Shown here: positions 16,451 through 19,937 of the stretch, piece after piece | Numbering within the stretch: position 1 is the stretch's first letter | How the letters are laid out: each line of letters begins with the position of its first letter | Origin: Vulcanimicrobiota bacterium | Lineage (GTDB): Bacteria; Vulcanimicrobiota; Vulcanimicrobiia; Vulcanimicrobiales; Vulcanimicrobiaceae | Assembly: GCA_003133025.1 (NCBI GenBank) | Contig: PKZK01000052.1 | Span: 1-19,937, forward strand | DNA: 19,937 nucleotides | Direction: 5' to 3' | Made by a program: the position numbers and the translations under genes | Notes under the pieces: model-generated | The model's database searches: none | Seen by the model: the letters and a program-made list of their open reading frames with translations, nothing else | What the model was told of the DNA's origin: nothing

Positions 16451-17816
16451 GGACGGTCTCCTCGATCGCCGTCTGCTCGAACGGTTGCTGCCCGCGTTGG
16501 TGCGGCTGGAGGACGGATTCGTCGCGTTGCCGGCCGCAGAACCTGCGCCGTTCGACGAGGTCGCCGCAGGCGCCGTGCTGGACGAAGTCGCCGACCGCTT
16601 GCGCGACAACTATCCGTATTTCCACCCGCTTTACGCGGGGCAGATGCTCAAGCCGCCGCACCCCTTGGCGCGCGCGGCGTACGCGCTCGCGATGTGGATC
16701 AATCCCAACAATCACGCGCTCGACGGCGGCCGTGCGAGTTCGGCGCTGGAGAAAGAGGCCGTCGCCGAGATCGAGCGGATGTTCGGCTGGGAGAACGCGC
16801 TCGGACATCTCTGCGGCGGCGGCACGATGGCCAACCTCGAGGCGCTGTGGGTCGCCGGACGTTTGCACCCGGGCAAAGCGATCGTCGCCTCGGCACAGTC
16901 GCATTACACGCATCGGCGCATCTCCGACGTGCTCGGCCTCGAGTATCGCAGCATCGCGACCGACGCGCGCGGTCGCATGGATCCCGTTGCGCTACGCGCG
17001 CAACTCGAACGCGGCGATGTGGGCACGGTCGTGACGACGATGGGCACCACGGCGACCGGTTCGGTCGACCCGCTGCCCGAGGTACTGCGCCTGCGCGACG
17101 AGTTCGGCTTTCGCGTCCATGCCGACGCGGCGTACGGCGGCTATTTCACCCTGGTATCCGGTTTGGAACCCGAAGCGCGCGAGGCCTTCGATGCGATCGG
17201 CCGTGCCGACTCGATCGTGATCGATCCGCACAAGCACGGTCTGCAGCCGTACGGCTGCGGCTGCGTCCTCTTCCGCGACCCGTCGGTGGCTGCGCTCTAT
17301 CGTCACGACTCGCCGTACACCTACTTCAGCTCCGACGATCTGCATTTAGGCGAGATCAGCCTCGAATGCTCGCGCGCCGGGGCCTCGGCCGTTGCGCTCT
17401 GGGCCACGCAACGGCTGCTGCCGCTCGTGCGCGACGGCGCCCTCGCGAGCGGCTTGCATGCGGGCTTACGCGCGGCTCGCGATCTGCACGCCCGGCTGGA
17501 TGCCGATGCACGCTTCATAACCCCCTTCGCCCCACAGTTGGACATCGTCGTGTGGGCCGTCGAAGCGCCGTCGGTTTCGCACGCATCGCAACTGGCCCGC
17601 GCAATCTTCGCGGCCGCGGAGAAGCGCGGGCTCTACCTCGCGGTCGCGGAGTTGCCGCTCGCGTTTTTCCCAAACCTGCCGCCGGCCATGCGGGCCGACC
17701 GCGAGACCATCGCCTGCCTCCGTTCGGTCCTGATGAAGCCCGAGCACGTCGCTTGGATCGAGCGCATTTATGCGCTCCTCGATCAGGTTACGACCGAGCT
17801 TCGTTTCGTGCTCTAG
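16443..17816 (+). CDS. PLP-dependent group II amino-acid decarboxylase (aromatic/aspartate/tyrosine decarboxylase-like)
   Basis: 8-bp overlap with the hydrolase gene. HPLYAGQM, GGGTMANLEALW, QSHYT, TMGTTATGSVDPL, HADAAYGG, DSIVIDPHK (PLP-binding Lys), PYGCG, SLECSR. Confidence 0.9.
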   Translation: MSEDGLLDRRLLERLLPALVRLEDGFVALPAAEPAPFDEVAAGAVLDEVADRLRDNYPYFHPLYAGQMLKPPHPLARAAYALAMWINPNNHALDGGRASSALEKEAVAEIERMFGWENALGHLCGGGTMANLEALWVAGRLHPGKAIVASAQSHYTHRRISDVLGLEYRSIATDARGRMDPVALRAQLERGDVGTVVTTMGTTATGSVDPLPEVLRLRDEFGFRVHADAAYGGYFTLVSGLEPEAREAFDAIGRADSIVIDPHKHGLQPYGCGCVLFRDPSVAALYRHDSPYTYFSSDDLHLGEISLECSRAGASAVALWATQRLLPLVRDGALASGLHAGLRAARDLHARLDADARFITPFAPQLDIVVWAVEAPSVSHASQLARAIFAAAEKRGLYLAVAELPLAFFPNLPPAMRADRETIACLRSVLMKPEHVAWIERIYALLDQVTTELRFVL

Positions 17817-17844
17817 TCGACCGCGCGCACGGAGTCCGCGCGCC

Positions 17845-18000
17845 TCAACGCACGTTCCGGTAGCGGAGCAGCAAGAGCGCCGCGAGGGCGGTGAGCAGGC
17901 ACGACTGGAGCAATTGGACCTCCGTGCGTGCGGATAGGAAATAGAGCGTCCAGGTGCCGAGGACGACGCAGAGCGCGATGACGATGTAGAGACGTTCCGC
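17845..18000 (-). CDS. Putative 51-aa two-TM small membrane protein lacking a canonical start codon (or a pseudogene or readthrough extension)
   Basis: Minus strand reads GGAGG-ACGAC-GCG GAA CGT..., giving (A)ERLYIVIALCVVLGTWTLYFLSARTEVQLLQSCLLTALAALLLLRYRNVR-TGA: two hydrophobic segments, a basic tail and GC3-rich codons. It is absent from the ORF track. Confidence 0.45.
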   Translation of the reverse strand, partial: AERLYIVIALCVVLGTWTLYFLSARTEVQLLQSCLLTALAALLLLRYRNVR

Positions 18001-18021
18001 GTCGTCCTCCCGGGGTGAAGG

Positions 18022-19386
18022 TTACTTCAGCTTCACCGCGGTGTAGTCGGCGCGCGCCGGGACCTTTTGGCTGCTGATGATCGCTGCAGCCTTCGTGCTG
18101 TCGGGATTCGCGCAGGTGCCCGCCGCGAAGTCGCCGCCCACGCTCGAGGCGATGACGAAATACTCGTCGGCGCTGCGGCGCTTGTTCTTGGGCACGATCT
18201 CGCCGGCATAGGTCTGCTGGACGGCCTGGTGGTCGCACTGGCGCCAGTAATTCTGCTGCTTCTTGCCCGCGTCGTAATGGTGCCCTTCGAAAGCGCGCAC
18301 GATCGACTCGGTGTCGGTGGTGCCGGCCGCGTTGAGGCGGTCGATGATCTGCTCGCCCGCGATGAGGCCCAGATACTGACGCCAGTTCGGCGGCAACCCC
18401 TTGGCCCGCGATTTGATGATCTGGTAAATCGCCTCGGTGCGCGCGCCGCCGGCTTCCGGGCCCCACACGTAGCCCCAGAGCGAGCCGATCAGGTCTTCGG
18501 TGTGCATGCCGACCGCGACGTCATTTCCGCAGAGGATGCCGCCGAAGTGCATCTTCTTTTGGAGCCCCAGACCGATCGCGGCGTTGGTCGCGTTGATCGT
18601 GTCGGGGCCGTAATTGCAGAACACGAGCACGTCGGCGTCCGTGTTGCGTGCCTTGGTCATGTACGAGGAGTAGTCGGTCTGGCCGAGCGGATGCCGGTCG
18701 TTGCCCATCTCCTGGCCGCCCGCAGCCTGCAAGATCTTCAAAAACCGGTCGTGCGCGTCGTTGCCGAACGCGTAGTCGGCGGTGATGAAGTACCACTTCT
18801 TGCCCTTCTTGAGCAGCGACGGTCCGAGCGCGCTCGAGAGCATCGCGTTGGAACACGTCGTGCGGAAGGTGACCTTATGCGCCTTCGGCCCCGTGATGTT
18901 CGTGTCGTGCGTGCCGATCGCGAGGAAGAAGATGCCGTTCTCCTCCGCGATCGCGGAAACGGCGAGCCCCACGCCCGACGAGAGACAGCCCGTCAAGACG
19001 TCGACCTTCTCTTGTGAGATCAAGCGCTTCGCTTCGTTCGAACCGATCGCCGGCTGGTTCGTATCGTCGCCGCGCACGATCTCGAAGGTGATGCGCGAGT
19101 TCTTCTTGTTGGCTTCGTCGACGGCGAGTTGCAGGCCGGTCTGCTGCGATTCCGATGCCGCGGCGTACACGCCGGAGAACCCGTCGATGTGGCCGATCTT
19201 CACGGTGACGCCGCCGCCCGCGGCGATCACGTCCTTGACGGGCAAGAGCGGAGCCGCGTCCGCCGCGACGGCGTCGAGCAGCGGAAATCCGAGGCTCGCG
19301 GCGCCGGCGGCGCCGATGCCGAGCAAACCCGTGCGGCGCAAGAATCGCGCGCGATCGATGTCGTTCGTTCCGGTGGTCTCGTCCAT
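18022..19386 (-). CDS. ABC transporter substrate-binding protein, branched-chain amino acid/LivJ-like (periplasmic binding protein type 1), with a Tat-like signal, 454 aa
   Basis: ATG at 19386 follows AGGGAGA. N-terminus DRARFLRRTGLLGIGAAGAA...AVAA. Motifs VKIGHIDGFSGVYA, GLQLAVDEAN, DDTNQP, EKVDVLTGCLSSGVGLAV, ITADYAFG, HPLGQTDYSSY, WRQCDHQAVQ. Confidence 0.9.
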   Translation of the reverse strand: MDETTGTNDIDRARFLRRTGLLGIGAAGAASLGFPLLDAVAADAAPLLPVKDVIAAGGGVTVKIGHIDGFSGVYAAASESQQTGLQLAVDEANKKNSRITFEIVRGDDTNQPAIGSNEAKRLISQEKVDVLTGCLSSGVGLAVSAIAEENGIFFLAIGTHDTNITGPKAHKVTFRTTCSNAMLSSALGPSLLKKGKKWYFITADYAFGNDAHDRFLKILQAAGGQEMGNDRHPLGQTDYSSYMTKARNTDADVLVFCNYGPDTINATNAAIGLGLQKKMHFGGILCGNDVAVGMHTEDLIGSLWGYVWGPEAGGARTEAIYQIIKSRAKGLPPNWRQYLGLIAGEQIIDRLNAAGTTDTESIVRAFEGHHYDAGKKQQNYWRQCDHQAVQQTYAGEIVPKNKRRSADEYFVIASSVGGDFAAGTCANPDSTKAAAIISSQKVPARADYTAVKLK

Positions 19387-19406
19387 GGTGGCTTCTCCCT
19401 CCGTCT

Positions 19407-19937
19407 TCAGACGGCTAAGTATCGTTGCATGATGTCGGTGTCGTTTTTCAGATCGTCGATGCGGCCCGTGCCCATCACGCGGCCGTTCGAAAGGATGTAA
19501 CCGCGATCGGATAGGTTCATCGCGACGTGGGCGTTCTGCTCGACCAAGAGGATCGTGTTGCCTTCCTCGCGGATGCGCGCGACCACGTTCTCGACGTTGC
19601 GCGCCACGAGCGGCGCGAGGCCTTCCATCGGTTCGTCGAGCAGGATGATCGCCGGGTTCGCGATCAGCGCGCGCGCGATCGCGAGCATTTGCTGTTCGCC
19701 GCCCGAAAGCTTCGCCGGCTTGTTGCGCCGTTCGCCGAGCACCGGAAAGGTCTCGTAGATGCGCTTCGCGCTCCACGGGCCCTTCTTTCCGGTCAGCGCC
19801 GCCAAGCGCAGGTTTTCGCCGACGGTGAGGTTCGGAAAGATGCGGCGGTCCTCGGGAACGAACGCGATGCCGAGTTGCGCGAGGTGAAACGGCGTGCGCC
19901 CCGTGATCGACGCGCCGTTGAAGCGGATGTCGCCGTG
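19407..19937 (-). CDS. livF: ABC transporter ATP-binding protein, LivF-like; 5'-truncated by the window edge
   Basis: The frame is open to the window end (HGDIRFNGASITG...GIAFVPEDRRIFPNLTVGENL). Signature LSGGEQQMLAIARAL, Walker B ILLDEPMEGLAP, and the LivF-type switch LLVEQN. The symbol is a family-level call only. Confidence 0.9.
   Translation of the reverse strand, partial: HGDIRFNGASITGRTPFHLAQLGIAFVPEDRRIFPNLTVGENLRLAALTGKKGPWSAKRIYETFPVLGERRNKPAKLSGGEQQMLAIARALIANPAIILLDEPMEGLAPLVARNVENVVARIREEGNTILLVEQNAHVAMNLSDRGYILSNGRVMGTGRIDDLKNDTDIMQRYLAV

Noticed and set aside
17817..17844. CGCGCGC-N8-CGCGCGC possible hairpin between convergent genes
   Set aside because: Low-complexity GC sequence with no U tract; expected by chance at this GC content.
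19387..19776. N-terminal extension of the 584-aa ORF on the substrate-binding protein
   Set aside because: It overlaps the LivF-like gene out of frame. The SD and signal peptide support ATG 19386.

Overview
GC-rich bacterial window (roughly two-thirds G+C by eye), densely coding, with no rRNA, tRNA, CRISPR array or mobile element that I can recognise. The left 13.9 kb is an accessory cluster of mostly exported proteins: the 3' end of a CHAT (caspase-clan) protease gene; a secreted GH16-like glycoside hydrolase with a large insertion; a small secreted beta-rich protein on the minus strand; a 1586-aa signal-peptide-bearing TPR-CHAT protease with about 25 repeats (22 on an exact 40-aa period); a probable CBM9/DUF5916-like outer-membrane protein; a secreted trypsin-like serine protease; a CHASE2 membrane sensor with no cytoplasmic output domain; and a translationally coupled secreted protein with a FecR-like/SRG/Ig-like (DUF928-like) layout. 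I infer that this run (2948-13860, plus the paralogous CHAT gene at the left edge) is an extracytoplasmic proteolytic signalling or conflict cassette, and it is the best candidate for an undescribed system. The right part holds an acyl-CoA synthetase, alpha/beta hydrolase and PLP decarboxylase trio, a cryptic two-TM small ORF with no canonical start, and, on the minus strand, the end of a branched-chain-amino-acid-type ABC operon (LivF-like ATPase and a substrate-binding protein with a non-canonical Tat-like signal). All family calls come from motif recognition by eye; no database searches were run.
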